Source: Hydrolagus colliei
Taxonomy: Eukaryota
Direction of reading: 5' to 3'
NCBI GenBank assembly: GCA_035084275.1
Contig: CM068756.1
Location: forward strand, 5,580,001-5,644,000
DNA length: 64,000 bases
Every line of letters starts with the position of its first letter. Positions within the stretch are counted from its first letter, which is position 1. The notes under the pieces were generated by a model. The model worked only from the letters and a program-made list of their open reading frames with translations. It made no database searches and had not been told where the DNA came from. The position numbers were made by a program, and so were the translations under genes. Shown piece by piece: positions 1-12,235 of the stretch.

Positions 1-2431
1 GTTACTTCACTGTTAGTAAATAGACAGGAAAAATATACTTAGTGTAAACTTCATTTGCTCTTTTTTGATTTGCAGCAAATCATCTCCTCTGACACTTCCT
101 ATGAATTGTGATGGACAAATTCACACCTTCCTGGTAGGACCTGCTATTTAAAAATCTAGAATATCTTGAAGTAGACAGCCATTCACTTCCTGTTGAGAAT
201 GCTATCCTTCGCCCTCGGCACCTCACTTGTCACTCTATCTTCTGTAGTGGAAAACTATTCCGTTCCTGATAGTAATGCTGTCTGTCCTAAGCCCACAGGC
301 TTCTCAATCATCACTCCAGCTTTCTATTGTGGTGGACAACTACTCTTTTCCTGGTGGGAGTTCTATCCTCTATCCCCAGCCTTATCAGCCATCACTCCAA
401 AGTACTTTTGCATCAGAAAACCAATCACTTCCTGACATGATCGTTAACTCTCAGTCCAGATATGTCAATCATTGATCTAGTTCTTGTTAGCCCTCAGCTA
501 GTGTTGCTTGCAAAAAAAATTATACTTGTAAAGCAGTTGTCATTATAAATCAAATAGAGTAATTGATATGAAAACAGTTCATCTCAAAGTGAATCGTGGA
601 ATGGGATTATTAGTTAAATACATTTTTTTATATGGAACAGAACAGCAATCTAATCTCATCACAGTCATATGATCAGGTTCAAAAAATTTCCCCTTCCCTT
701 TCTCCCCTTCCCACTGAGGAGGTGCCTGCTCCGCTCAATGTCTCCATCTTCCCTCCTCTCCACCCTCTTGAGTTGATGAAGTTGAGATCAAGAGCTGCTG
801 TGCAGGAGAATAAAACTCTTCGGACAACTGCAGTTAAATTCAAAACATTATTCAATGTCACTAATCCTTGGTGTGCAATGATTTAGAAGACAATCAATGC
901 TGACCCTTGGTGATAGATTGGACATCTTAACACTAACATTCCTAGCCTTCATGAGCACAAACATGTACAAAATAAGTAATATGTAATAGAACAACTGTAT
1001 ACATAATCATCGTAATACACACACAGCACGGAAACTAAGGACCAAGCAAGGCTATTTGGCTTATCAAAACAAATACTTCCATAGATTTACATCTAAATAT
1101 AAAATTTGTTGATATGTCATAGCCCATAATGGACACCACTTTACTTACTAAATCTCCTATGCGAAAGTTCCAACGATTAATAATTCCCATCAGCAAAGCT
1201 CTGACTTGCCTGCTGGATATTAATTGCTCCCTATTGGGAGGGGACATCTGAAATCTAGCACGCAAATAAATATACATAAATTAAAATATGCAAAAGAACA
1301 GATGAACTAGTTTGGGTCTCTGAATAATGAGAATGCATTTCATCACGTATTTGGAGAGTACTTTTTTGAAAGTGTGTCACACTCTGGTCAACATAAATGC
1401 TATTTCTGGCAATAAAGGGCTGTAAAGAACTCTACAAGGACGCCTTTGGGCCTGGGAATTTTAATTGCTAATATCACTTCTCTGTTCTGGATCTTCCTTT
1501 GAGACCTTCACTAGCTTAAATGTATCTGGATAGTTAGAGATATCCTCCAGGGCAGTTGTCAACTTAGAAGAATATAGTTATTGGTAAAACCTGTTAAAAC
1601 AATCATTTATTTGATTAAGGTCAACTGTGACAGAATTAGCTGGCAAATTAATTTGACAAATAGCAAGGGACTTTCATCATTATAGACATATGCATCTTAG
1701 CATTTTTACCATCCTATCCCCTCGATGTAAAAAAGGGCCTTTGTGTCCAAGATTCCCTCAACCTTTCTTGAAACTCATTCCAGCTGCTAATGACTCTTTG
1801 TGTAAAGCAATACTTCATGGTATCTGAACTGAAATTGCCCTTCATAATTTAGAACCTAAACCTGAGCTTTGTACCTGAAGTTGAATAATACCTCTAATAC
1901 CACTAATTCTCAGATACAAAATGAAAACTAATTTGGACTGTATTATAAATGGTTTGAACCAGGTGCAGTCTCCATGCTTGGCATTGGTTGGGCAGTCTCT
2001 GCACAGATTTCTGTTAATAGTACTTTGAGAATAAGCAGAGTATGACACATGTAATAGGAATGTCTTCAAGACCAAAGGTTATGGCAGGAAATATTAAACT
2101 GTTTGAAAGGCATTTTGAAGATATTTTGTTGACTTCAGGCCATGTGTTATTGACATATCATGGCATATTATGGCGCGGAAAACTATTTTAAAAAAAAGTA
2201 AAGTATTTTAGGTATCTATTACATTTAAATTATTAGATTTACAATATGTTAAATTACATTTCATACCTAGCATGTAGACATCTTATATATTCATTTTCAT
2301 ATGTTAATCCACATTTTAATATTGCAGATTAATTAATAATAAATCCAGTGAAATTATTAAAATAGCTCTGTAAGTGTTCCTGGCAAGTCTCTGAGTGAGT
2401 GCCTAAATGTATTAAGTGTAGTTTGGCATTG

Positions 2432-2825
2432 CTACAGTAGTACTAGCACCTCTACAGTAGTACTGTACCAGCAGTAGTACTCTGTCTTGCCAGCTTGTAC
2501 TGCTTTACTGCAATTTTGACGTTGCGTCTGTGGTGCCATTGAACCATATGGTGCATGCAGATGTGTCCTTCGTGAAGGCAGGTCTACTTTATGAATACAG
2601 TTTTCCCACATCTGAGGATCAAACACTGATGGTGTTGCAAACAGAGGACTCAACACATCTCTTTCTGCTTGTTGTTGAAATGTCACAAAATGTTGGTCAG
2701 TTGGGTGGTTTGATATATGTGAAAACCCATCACTATGATTAAGAGTATCCAAACCCAACACAGTTTCATGGATGCCACCTATACATTTTGGAAAATAGAT
2801 GCAATTTGCCTCTGAATTTCACTTA
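2432..2825 (-). mobile_element. Highly eroded PIF/Harbinger transposase-like relic (intronic)
   Basis: Minus-strand translations EIQRQIASIF...QHFVTFQQQAERDVLSPLFATPSVF...THLHAP...YYCWYSTTVEVLV loosely follow the recalled Harbinger motif order (YRxIAxLF, FIxFP, IDxTH..AP, KGWYS..LQ). Confidence 0.4.
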
Positions 2826-2859
2826 CCACCATTTGCTTTCTTTGAATCACTCAGTAACT

Positions 2860-2922
2860 AAATAAATTCAATAATAACTCAATAAATAGAAACCAAATAA
2901 ATTCAATAATAACTCAATAAAT
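2860..2922. repeat. Local tandem duplication, 28-bp unit aaataaattcaataataactcaataaat x2 (35-bp period)
   Basis: Two identical copies at 2860-2887 and 2895-2922. Confidence 0.9.
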
Positions 2923-3018
2923 TCAACTTAGCAAGATGAACTTAGAGATGTTTTGAAATAGTTATAAAAAGAGATGAAGTGTACCTTCTATTAAAACAAC
3001 TGTTTATCTTTGTTTGTA

Positions 3019-3331
3019 TAATAATAATAATCCTCATATTTGATATTGTGCTTTTCACGTCTTTTAGATGTCTCAAAGCGCTTCAGGGAATATGCTGTAA
3101 AGTGAATTCACTGTATTTTTGTGGGTGAAACACGGTAGGCAATTGCGCATAGCAGTGTCCCACAAACAGTTGTGGATTGAAATGACCAATTTATTATTGT
3201 GTTTTTCTGGAGGGATTATTATTAGGCCTGTGAAGTAAGAAAACTTGCCCAAGGTTTTGCCCTGCCTGGAATCGAACCCAAGTCTCTCACTTGTAAGGCA
3301 AGCGTTCTAACCACTGACCTGCAGGACTCCA
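3019..3331 (-). mobile_element. Full-length tRNA-derived Deu-type SINE (dominant family)
   Basis: Reverse complement shows A box-like (AGGTCAGTGG) and B box (GGTTCGATTCC), central TGGGACACTGCTATGCGCAATTG, L2-like tail ending (ATT)n; matches other copies in the window. Confidence 0.92.
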
Positions 3332-4071
3332 GATTATCAGTTAACTGGGAAAGAGATTATAGTAATTACAGTGATGACTTTAAAATAACAAAATGTAATA
3401 GATTGCAATAATATAAATGACTGATTTTAGAAAGCTCATGTGTCTCACATTTGCATCACATGCCTGCAGATTACCTGCAATGTTTACTTTGCACAATGCC
3501 TCCAACATCTCTCAGAGATATTTCAATAGTTAAAGATGACGGGGTTGTAGTTTGCAGCATTTCATAACACATTGAATGCTTTATGAAACATAACTAATTT
3601 TCCCCCAATATTTATTGAATGCATCTTAGTTTTATTACTAGTCTATGTATATATCGTACCCTTCGAAATTTTAGGAATACAGTGAGCAGATTAGCCTACA
3701 GTCTCCATCTTGTGGCCACAGAACTGCATTAAATAAAAAATGGTCTACAGTACACAATATGTTTTTGGTATTTGATATATGAATATCAAATATGTAATAT
3801 TAAATGAATTGAAGCTATAATATATTTTAAAAGAGACTTGAAGCTAGGATAATTTTACTGGTGATTTATCTAGCAGTACATATAGGGTATTAGATGTCTG
3901 GCGGTGGAGAAACAAGACACTAATTGAATTAAGAGTATTCTGATGATATAGTAACGCACAAAACCAAAACTACAGTTTTATTTGTCATTAGAACTTGAAG
4001 ATCTAATTATTACTTTGCAGCTTCCACTCACATTTTTGCTTGTTTAAAACAAATTTTCTTGACTTTTTCAG

Positions 4072-4095
4072 AAAGATTTGTCCTCAGTGAAATTG
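4072..4095 (+). CDS. 24-nt coding microexon (phase 1/1) of an unidentified probable membrane-protein gene; encodes (x)RFVLSEI(G)
   Basis: Polypyrimidine acceptor aaattttcttgactttttcag, donor TTG|gtaaat, upstream CTCAC branch-like motif; joins in frame to exon 6281-6326 (G+GA=Gly). Confidence 0.65.
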
Positions 4096-4859
4096 GTAAA
4101 TGTTGGATTATAAAAACAATTGTACTCATTGCGTTGCTTGTGACTCTCACATCTTCAAATAGGTGCAAAGGTGTACATCAATCAGATTTTACTTGCAATT
4201 GTTTTCTTATTTATGCTGAGATCGTGCCAAATAGACTAGCTTACAGTCTGCACAAATAATTTTTAACAATTCAAGTAAAATACAATTAATAAATATATGT
4301 AAACTGGTGAAAGTCATAAACAATGCCATTTACACGACTGCTTTTGCTAAAATGTTTTCCTACAAACAATAATGATACTGAATATAAAATTATATTATAC
4401 TCATACAATTGCATTGGTTATTTTGGAGTGCACAGGCGTAAGTTTGCCTAACTTGCTAAGCTGAGCACAAAGGTAGCAAGGTCATGTCAACAAATCCATT
4501 ATCCAGAGCATACATGATAAAATAACCCCCTGTAGTGATTATAGTACTACTCATATAGATTAACTGCCTTGCTAGTCATCAATTCTCAATGTGTGTGTGA
4601 TTATGCATTAACTATTCAACAATCTTTATGAAAGGATTTGCTAATATATCTTAAATACTGTAGTTGGAGACATACCTGGTCATCCTTGGGTGCTTTTCTA
4701 CGGAAACAAATCAGATTTGGATCTGACAACAATGTCCAGAACACTCCATTTATCATCTTTAAATGCCCAGGCACTACACTTCACAGTGATTCTAGTGAAG
4801 TGCATCTTGACAATGTGCTCTATCAAATTCAAATGCATTAATAATGTCCAACATTTTGA

Positions 4860-4924
4860 ACAACAACGACAAAATTACATTTATAGAGTGCCTTTCATGT
4901 CGGGAGGCTATCCCAAGGTGCTGA
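4860..4924 (-). mobile_element. L2-clade 3' tail stub ending (GTT)n
   Basis: rc CACCTTGGGATAGCCTCCCGACATGAAAGGCACTCTATAAATGTAATTTTGTCGTTGTTG; similar stubs recur >10 times in the window. Confidence 0.75.
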
Positions 4925-5459
4925 ACAATAACTTGAAGCCTTGTGTTCTTGAGTGTTGTCTGTGGGTTTGTGTCTGTGTTGTCCTCTATACACTGATTTA
5001 TTGAGTTGAGTTGAGACATGCAGTTTGTCTCAGGGAGTTTACCCAAACTCCGCTAATACACCATTGGGATTAATGGAGGCCTTGGGGTAGACTAGCTTCC
5101 TGTCCCCTCAATCTGAATGGCATTGAGGAATCCTGGAAAAGAAAGAACTGTATCTTTGTCAAGTTATCCTTGAAAGACTACCTATGTTGAATCACCAAAT
5201 ATGCTTGTAATGTGTTGCCTGTCAAAGAATTATCAGGGAACAACACAGTAAAAAGTGTTATGTTTGGTTTATGTGAAGGAGCGGTTCAGAATGAAGTCAC
5301 AAAACAATTCCCTACAGCACGTTTCATGGCAAAGAGGAACAACCTAAATCCCTCTGCGTTTATGTGAAGCAAGGAACTGTAATGAACCACGAGATATACC
5401 CTCTACCGAGATCTCTGCTTTTATGGCTCCACTAGCTCCACACCCTCAAGATCTGCCAC

Positions 5460-5518
5460 CTGGTTCCCTGTCATCTTCCATCTGCTGTCTGGTTCCCTTT
5501 CATTTTCCATCTGCTGTT
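5460..5518. repeat. Tandem duplication of a ~29-bp unit ctggttccct(g/t)tcat(c/t)ttccatctgctgt
   Basis: Two adjacent near-identical copies. Confidence 0.85.
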
Positions 5519-5709
5519 TCCCTTATCACTGTCCCCAGGCCATCCCCATATTGAATGGATATGGATTGTACCAACTTCTATCTCTGAGAACAGTAGGTCA
5601 CCTCAGTCCTGGGTATTTACATATTAATACAGCCGAGCTTCTAAATAACAGTTTAATAGTAATTGTACTTCCTTAAATCATTTTTATATTTTTTAAAAAT
5701 GAGCTTCTT

Positions 5710-5729
5710 CCCCCCCCCCCCCCCCCCCC
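5710..5729. repeat. Poly-C homopolymer (20 nt)
   Basis: Seen directly. Confidence 0.95.
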
Positions 5730-6280
5730 ACCCTCCACATATCAATTGGGAGAACTTGAATCTGTACTCATCTCCCAAGGAAATAAAAGAAGGAAGCCAA
5801 ACATATGTGCTAACATCACGCTGCCTGGGGCAAGATTCCGTTTTACTGCCCTTCTGCATTTCCACGTTTGAAAATACGGGTAAAAATACATTAGGGTGAC
5901 ATCTTTGTTCAACAGCATTTGTAACTCATTATTCCATTCCTGGTCAATCAGTCCAGAAGTAGTGTTGAAGAGGGTTGAGGCATAGCAATAATTTGTTAAG
6001 TTAGCAGGAGGTATGCTCATTTATGCAAATACCCTATAACATATAAGAACCTCGTAGTGCCCAAGAGAGAAATTCTCTCACTTTTGAGTGTGCAATCTGT
6101 CAACTTTCTCAGCTGCTGAACTAATGCCTCACAGTTCCATTGTGCATATGGGAGCTACAATAAATAGCTCTAGTCATGCGATGAACTCTTACCAGGGCTG
6201 AGAAACTTGTATATCATTAAGCCCAGTATGTTCACAGTTAACAGTTGGTTATCTGAAATAGTTTTGCCTTTATCATTCAG

Positions 6281-6326
6281 GAGATATTTCAGTGTTCTCT
6301 ACTTTATATGTACTCGTATGGATCCG
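6281..6326 (+). CDS. 46-nt internal coding exon; encodes (G)DISVFSTLYVLVWI(R), a hydrophobic putative transmembrane segment
   Basis: Acceptor gttttgcctttatcattcag and consensus donor CCG|gtaagt; open frame is phase-compatible with both neighbours (CG+A=Arg). Confidence 0.8.
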
Positions 6327-6672
6327 GTAAGTATTAGACTGAATTGCCTCGTGTTATAATTGTTTCTAAAAAGAGATAGGTTTCCACATTTTGTGGAAAT
6401 AGAGCTTCAAGATCCTGAACAAGGGTAATCAGCACAAAATATTTACTCTTAGACTGCATCTTACCACTAGTTGCACATCATTATGTATGTCCTTTGTTTA
6501 TCTTTTCAATAATTCTGTTTAAAACAGTGATGGATCATTACATTATTGGGGAAAATGTGATTAGGAGCTTGAGAGTATAAATAAGATGAACAACATCTGG
6601 CTATTTATGTAATTTCAGCTATATACTGTATTAACTCACCTTGTTTTAGTAATTTGTCAGTTTTTCTCATAG

Positions 6673-6844
6673 ACTTTTTCCACTTGGGACTGCGCTGAGG
6701 AGGCCAAAATTCACTGAACCCTTACAACCAGCAGAAAATGAAGACATTCATCCCATCAGTCAGTGTAACTCGGATTGCACAGGTGAAAGTCCCGCAAACA
6801 TAAAATTGAGAACAGAAAAAACAATTGGACAAACCGCTGAATAA
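6673..6844 (+). CDS. Terminal coding exon; (R)LFPLGTALRRPKFTEPLQPAENEDIHPISQCNSDCTGESPANIKLRTEKTIGQTAE*
   Basis: Acceptor tttttctcatag; 57 codons open to TAA (6842-6844) in exactly the frame dictated by the previous exon; the other two frames hit stops early; polyA hexamers follow. Confidence 0.78.
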
Positions 6845-7144
6845 ACTTGGATAGATTTCTATTATTCTCACAGCAGAGCAAATATGGAATATTAAAGTCA
6901 TGATGAAGCCATTTGTGTCTGAAAGCAGATGTGGAATAGACTAGTTTAGCGTTTACAGGAGCAGAATTTCTAAAATGTATACAATACAGAAATATCATAA
7001 AAATTCATTCCTACTAATGTTGATTTAGACAGTACTTAGTTGACTTAATCATGGAAAATCAGAGCATCAAAAGTTATATTTTAAGAGCAGTGGATAAATT
7101 ATGATTTTAAAAGTTCTAATGAACTTTTTTGAACTGTCCCTTGT

Positions 7145-7150
7145 AATAAA
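7145..7150 (+). terminator. Candidate polyadenylation signal AATAAA for the upstream gene (alternatives 6840-6845, ATTAAA 6891-6896, AATAAA 7372-7377)
   Basis: Canonical hexamer ~300 nt downstream of the stop; hexamers are common in AT-rich DNA, so the used site is uncertain. Confidence 0.35.
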
Positions 7151-7578
7151 CATGCTGCTATTTATATACCTATACTCACTGGATTTACCAGCTTGGATGC
7201 TGTAAATAGTGAGTATACTGCGGTAGCACATTATTGCCTGAGTTAATGATATTTCTTTAGCTATTAGATCAGTGAATTAATGACACTCACGATACCTGAA
7301 AAGTTTCCTGGATACTACTGCCATAAACATACTCTTGAACAGGTGGCATGGGACTGAAAGATTGAGTTTTGAATAAAGGCATTATGGTCCCACTTAACCA
7401 AGGTGAGTAAAATGATTATTTAAAAGATTCTTCTTGGAGGTTTATTTAAGGAGTGTGTTCTGGGTTTGACTATTTCTGAGGAAATACGTGTGGCAAAGCC
7501 AGGCAGGTCCGCAGTAATTCATGTGTTATATGGAAAGCTTTAGACTTCGTCAACTCTACAGCCTAAAGTCTAAAGAAG

Positions 7579-7897
7579 AATAATAATAATAATCTTGGCA
7601 TTTGATATAGCTCCTTGCATCCTGGCATTTGATACGTTTCTTAGACATCTCAAAGAGCTTCACAGAATATACTGTAAAGTGAATTGAATATGTGGGCAAA
7701 ATGTGGCAGCCAACTGTGCACAGCAGTGTCCCACAAACAGTCGCAGATTGAAATGACCAATTTATTATTGCTTTTTTGATGGATTATTATTGGGCGTGTG
7801 GAGTAAGGAAACTTGCATGGTTCCGCCCTGCCTAGAATTGAACCCATGTCTCCTGCTTGTAAGGCAAGTGCTCTAACCACTGAGCTAGGACTCCACA
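7579..7897 (-). mobile_element. Full-length tRNA-derived Deu-type SINE with a small duplication in the tail
   Basis: rc GTGGAGTCCTAGCTCAGTGGTTAGAGCACTTGCCTTACAAGC...GGTTCAATTCT; Deu-type core; (ATT)n tail. Confidence 0.92.
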
Positions 7898-8136
7898 GAG
7901 AAATGAATTCACAAAGAAGTTAGATCGTTACAGAGGAGGACCTTGCTGCGTGGTAACCAATAATCCCACCAAAACCTACTGACTCTGCAGACATCCTTAG
8001 CTTCTAACTCTAACTCACCATTTTACTGTGAACCAGGTAAAAAGGAAAAGAAAAACTGCTATTAAATGGCAGTGGCTGTCAATACCACACTCAAAATGGC
8101 AGTAACCATCTAGCTAACCCACAGGATGGCAGAGAG

Positions 8137-8197
8137 CAACAACAGCAGCTTGCATTTATATAGCCCTTCATGCGGGGTAGAGTCGCGGAGAGCTTGA
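8137..8197 (-). mobile_element. L2-clade/SINE 3' tail stub
   Basis: caacaacagcagcttgcatttatatagcccttcatg, similar to stubs at 27018 and 37066. Confidence 0.65.
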
Positions 8198-8274
8198 ATG
8201 GCACTCGGTACCTCTGAGTGCCATTACAAACTTGCGTTCCAATGATGTGACCACTGATACCCTGCCACACGCTG

Positions 8275-8289
8275 GTTGCTCATGGTAAC
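8275..8289. promoter_or_regulatory. RFX X-box-like motif GTTGCTCATGGTAAC in a locally GC/CpG-richer patch
   Basis: One mismatch to GTNRCC-N(0-3)-RGYAAC; motif only, no functional evidence. Confidence 0.35.
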
Positions 8290-9240
8290 ACCGCTTGCCT
8301 CAATGTATTTGCCACTGGGACGCACTGCACAGCTTCCAACACACAGCAATTGGCAACAATCTTCTATTTTCCAGGTGCCTGCTGCTGCTGCTCTGTGGGC
8401 TGGGCGTGAAGCCCTGACTGCCTCGAGATTGGGATGCTGAGGGGAGTAGAACAAAAATAGAAAAAAGCACCCGAATGAAGGGCGAAAGAGGCAAGGAAGG
8501 AAGAAAACTGGTGGAAAAAGAGCCGTACAAGTGGAGATGAAGGATCAGTTAGGAAGATCTGAGCACAGGGAAAGTCAAAGAAATAGTAAGTAACAATAGA
8601 AATGTTGATTTGTCTCTTAATTCTTCTCCTAGTTTTTTTTAATAATGTGAAATTCTCTCTTATTAACGACAAGAATACTGATGGTGCAATTCCAACTTGT
8701 TGTGCTAAGGCTGTAGGAGTAGATTAACAGCTGCACTGTCTCTGAGTGAGTCCCTGGAGCAGAGAAGAGACAGCGAATGTCCTTTACATCCACTTGTACC
8801 GGGACTAATTTACAATGTGGCAAAGCATGACTATTAATCTATCCTTACAACTACAGGGAAAAAATATTGGAACAACGTCATCTGTTTAATCTTTCTATGT
8901 GTATATTAGAAGATACAAATCAGTTGGTTGCACAAGCATATACGTCCCAGTCACGTTTCCTCCAGATTTTACGTCTAAAATAGTTGATCGGTATAACTTT
9001 AGTCATTAAAAGATGATATAGATATAAACTATCAATGGAGAGTATTTCAGTATTTTAAAACCCACGATCAGCATCACCAACCCACTGCTTCTTGTCCTCA
9101 TTTTCTCTCCTATTATTTTTGACGATGCTGCCATTCCTCACTTTGGCCTTCAACCCTTACCCTAGTTTCTCAACCTAAATAAACGGGTTCCCTTTTACAG
9201 AGAAGGGAGTTTCTCCCCGCCAACAATCCTCCAGATAAAC

Positions 9241-9386
9241 TTGGCCATTCACATCATGGCTGTTTTGGGGACACTGCTGTGTGAAAATTGGCTGCCAGTT
9301 TGCTTAAAATTTATAGTCTCTACGATTTACTGTAAATCCTATGAAGTACTGTTTCAATCACATTGCAAGGAGTAATAATTATTATT
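9241..9386 (+). mobile_element. Diverged 3' half of Deu-type SINE
   Basis: ggggacactgctgtgtgaaaattggctgcc core and tgcaaggagtaataattattatt tail. Confidence 0.8.
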
Positions 9387-12235
9387 GCTTGTGTTGTACC
9401 TTCATTAATATTTACAATGGATTAAGCTTTAGATATCATCCACACATTGTCATCCAAAACTTTTGGGGGATTATGGAAACCATTTTGCTCAAAACATTAC
9501 AGAATAAAATATATTTTACCACAAGGAAAGACTATCAAGGCCAATGCATTCTAAAGATGGTAGTGTATAAGACCAAGGAAGTAACTAAGTGGTCCATAAG
9601 AGAATATCAATATGAACTGTTTGTTCACACAGCCTGGCAAGTTACAGCTTCTGAAGCTAGTTTATATAATTCAATCCAATTGTACTGATTGATTCTTGAA
9701 ACTGTGAGATACAGTTGACATTGCATATTACAGCATTCGGGTAGCAACTAGCCTCTGGAAACCTGTCAATTCATACATTATTGCTACACTGGTTGATAGA
9801 TGATAGTAATTTTATTAAGGATGAAGAGCTTGCTAAGTGTGTTGACTTCTCTCGAAGCTTCTGAAAGTTTAAAGGTCAAAATAATATAGAACCTGAAAGA
9901 ACTGAGACTCTTCTGTTGATGATGTGAGTTTGTCATAATAGCAACCATAAAAAGGTAAGTAAATTCTGTAGAAAAAGCAAGTGAAAACCTTTCTTCGAGT
10001 TTTCTATATCTGTGCCTTTGTTTTATTTGAAAAAAATGCAATCTTCAATGCTTCTAATTAAATCTCTTGCAAAGTGTTTACCTACTGTATATACAGTCAC
10101 TGCACCCTTCTGATACATTTTGATGACCTGGTGACATATTATGTCAAATTTAAAGATTACTATTAAGTCACTTTTCATGCACATGAACTCATTCATCTCC
10201 AAAGCAGATGTCTACCAGCTAACTGATGAAGAAACACTTCAACTGATGAGGCTTGAGGCAATAGCTGCTGAAAGGCATTAACCGGAGTCTGTGAACACAT
10301 GTTTGTACATGCAGCCTTTGGAATCTACCTTGATTGGTTTGCAGAGATGTAAGAGCCTGCTGCTTAAACTCTGCACCTCCAATTGGTAAAACCATTGATC
10401 AATGGAAGAGAGCTGTGCCTGAGTGGACGGGAAGATGGTGGCCACGCCCTAACAGGTAGTGTGGTCCTAGCTGAAGAAGCAGTGGAAAAGCTCGCCAGAA
10501 ATCTGGAAGAAGAGGACCTTCTGACCCAACAGACCATTATTGAAGATAGTTGTACCCATTACACCCACTACTTCTAAATTCCATGCGCAATCTACTATTT
10601 CGCAAACTTGGTAACCAATCCATTTAATCTTCTGAGTATAGACTTGGCAGTTTTCCCTGAAAAGGAAATCAAGCAACACTCCAGAACATTAATCTAACCT
10701 TACATTATACATTACATTCATTTGGTTTTTTTGGAATGACATTTCCATGGTTGGCAAACTTTTTTTCCTCAAAGACACAATGGTCTAAAACATGATTTGA
10801 ATGATTTTTCGGAACATGGTTAGCTCACTCTTATGTGATGAAGATGAGGCATACAGCTCTTCTCTCATTCTCTCTCCTAGCTGGTAAAAGATAGATGTTG
10901 TTGAAGTGCTAATTATCTTCTAAGAATTGCACTTGTGTGTTGGAGGCATGCAAACAAGATCAATAATTTTCAGTGGAAGGAATATTGAAATGTTCATGGC
11001 AAAGTTTTAGTTCAGGAATTTTAAGTGAACTCTGCACAAATTATTCAAATTCACTTTTTTGTGTGTAATATGGAGTATCTGATAATTTTTGAAAGGCAAT
11101 AATATAGAGATATCATTTGCGTGAAGATCATTTTTGTTCATGTTCCAGCAAATATAAGAAATTGCAGTTTGATTGTTTTTAATTTCATATGGTAAAAAGG
11201 AAGCATCTCTATGTTTAATGATGGGATTAATTAGAATTTTATTTGCATCTTTAAAAAGTAATTATGTGCAAATGTGTTCAATTTTCCTCAGTACATTTGT
11301 TTATGCTGCATTTCAAAGTAATACCAGTAATTAATCAATACAAATAAATATTTTTAAAACAATATAGTTATTGAAATACAACCTAATGAAAATAACAAAT
11401 AAATCTTCACTTAAAGAGTTTTATACAGTAGTTTGACATGAAGATCTGGAAAAATACTTGATAAAACTTACCAAAAAAACTATTTGTTCTAGGACTTATC
11501 CAACAGCTTATTTTCTGCTTTTGTGGAAGAGTGGGATAGTAGACAGATATTAATGAGCAGATTAGTGGAGTTTTATTGAATCAGAAAAGACTTGTGGCAA
11601 TCTTCTGCAGCCACCGGGCTGCTGAAAATGGTGGTGTTTTCACCATTTACTTAATAAAAACTGCAGTGTGTCGGGGTATAGGTCAGGTTAAAGTGCTTCT
11701 GTTCCATACATCACTGAGAAATGTCAGTAATTTAGTCTACACTGTATTACTCTTGGGAATAGGTGAGGACCTAAGATGTCAAAGCAGATGGGAAAAAGTA
11801 GTTAAGGGTTAGATATTGCTAAATTTGTTTTATTTGTAATGCTACAAACATTGGACAATGTGTAGCATTAATGTTGAAGGTTTCTTATGTTGAAATTTCA
11901 TGACAGGTCGGAAAGTTATCTATGTTATTATTTTCAGCATGAACTTGTAAAACTAATCTCTTATCATAAAAATGGTGTGCATTGTACAAATCTGTTCAGG
12001 CGATATTGCATTGCAGTATTTTGTAGCTCATATGAGGCACATTGCCGGGGTGTAAGTTCATGCATGAGTGTGGGAGCTGCTTCATCAGTGAAATTGAGAG
12101 CTTGTGGAATACTACAGATTGTGCTATGATCCTCAGTTGTTCATTTACATGTGTACAGATTACCATAATCTTGGGGTAGGACTAATGGTCAAAATATCTG
12201 TGTAGCAATTGGTATGGTAACATTCTAAAGAATTA

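Noticed and set aside
76-133. AG/GT-bounded 58-nt segment (KSSPLTLPMNCDGQIHTFL) as an upstream exon of the + strand gene
   Set aside because: Its only open frame ends in phase 0, incompatible with the phase-1 start of the next exon, and no bridging exon was found.
2432-2482. Three spaced CAGTAGTACT repeats (with a TACAGTA-G-TACTGTA palindrome) as a CRISPR-like array
   Set aside because: Repeats are 10 bp with spacers of 10 bp or less in a vertebrate intron; consistent with local slippage duplication.
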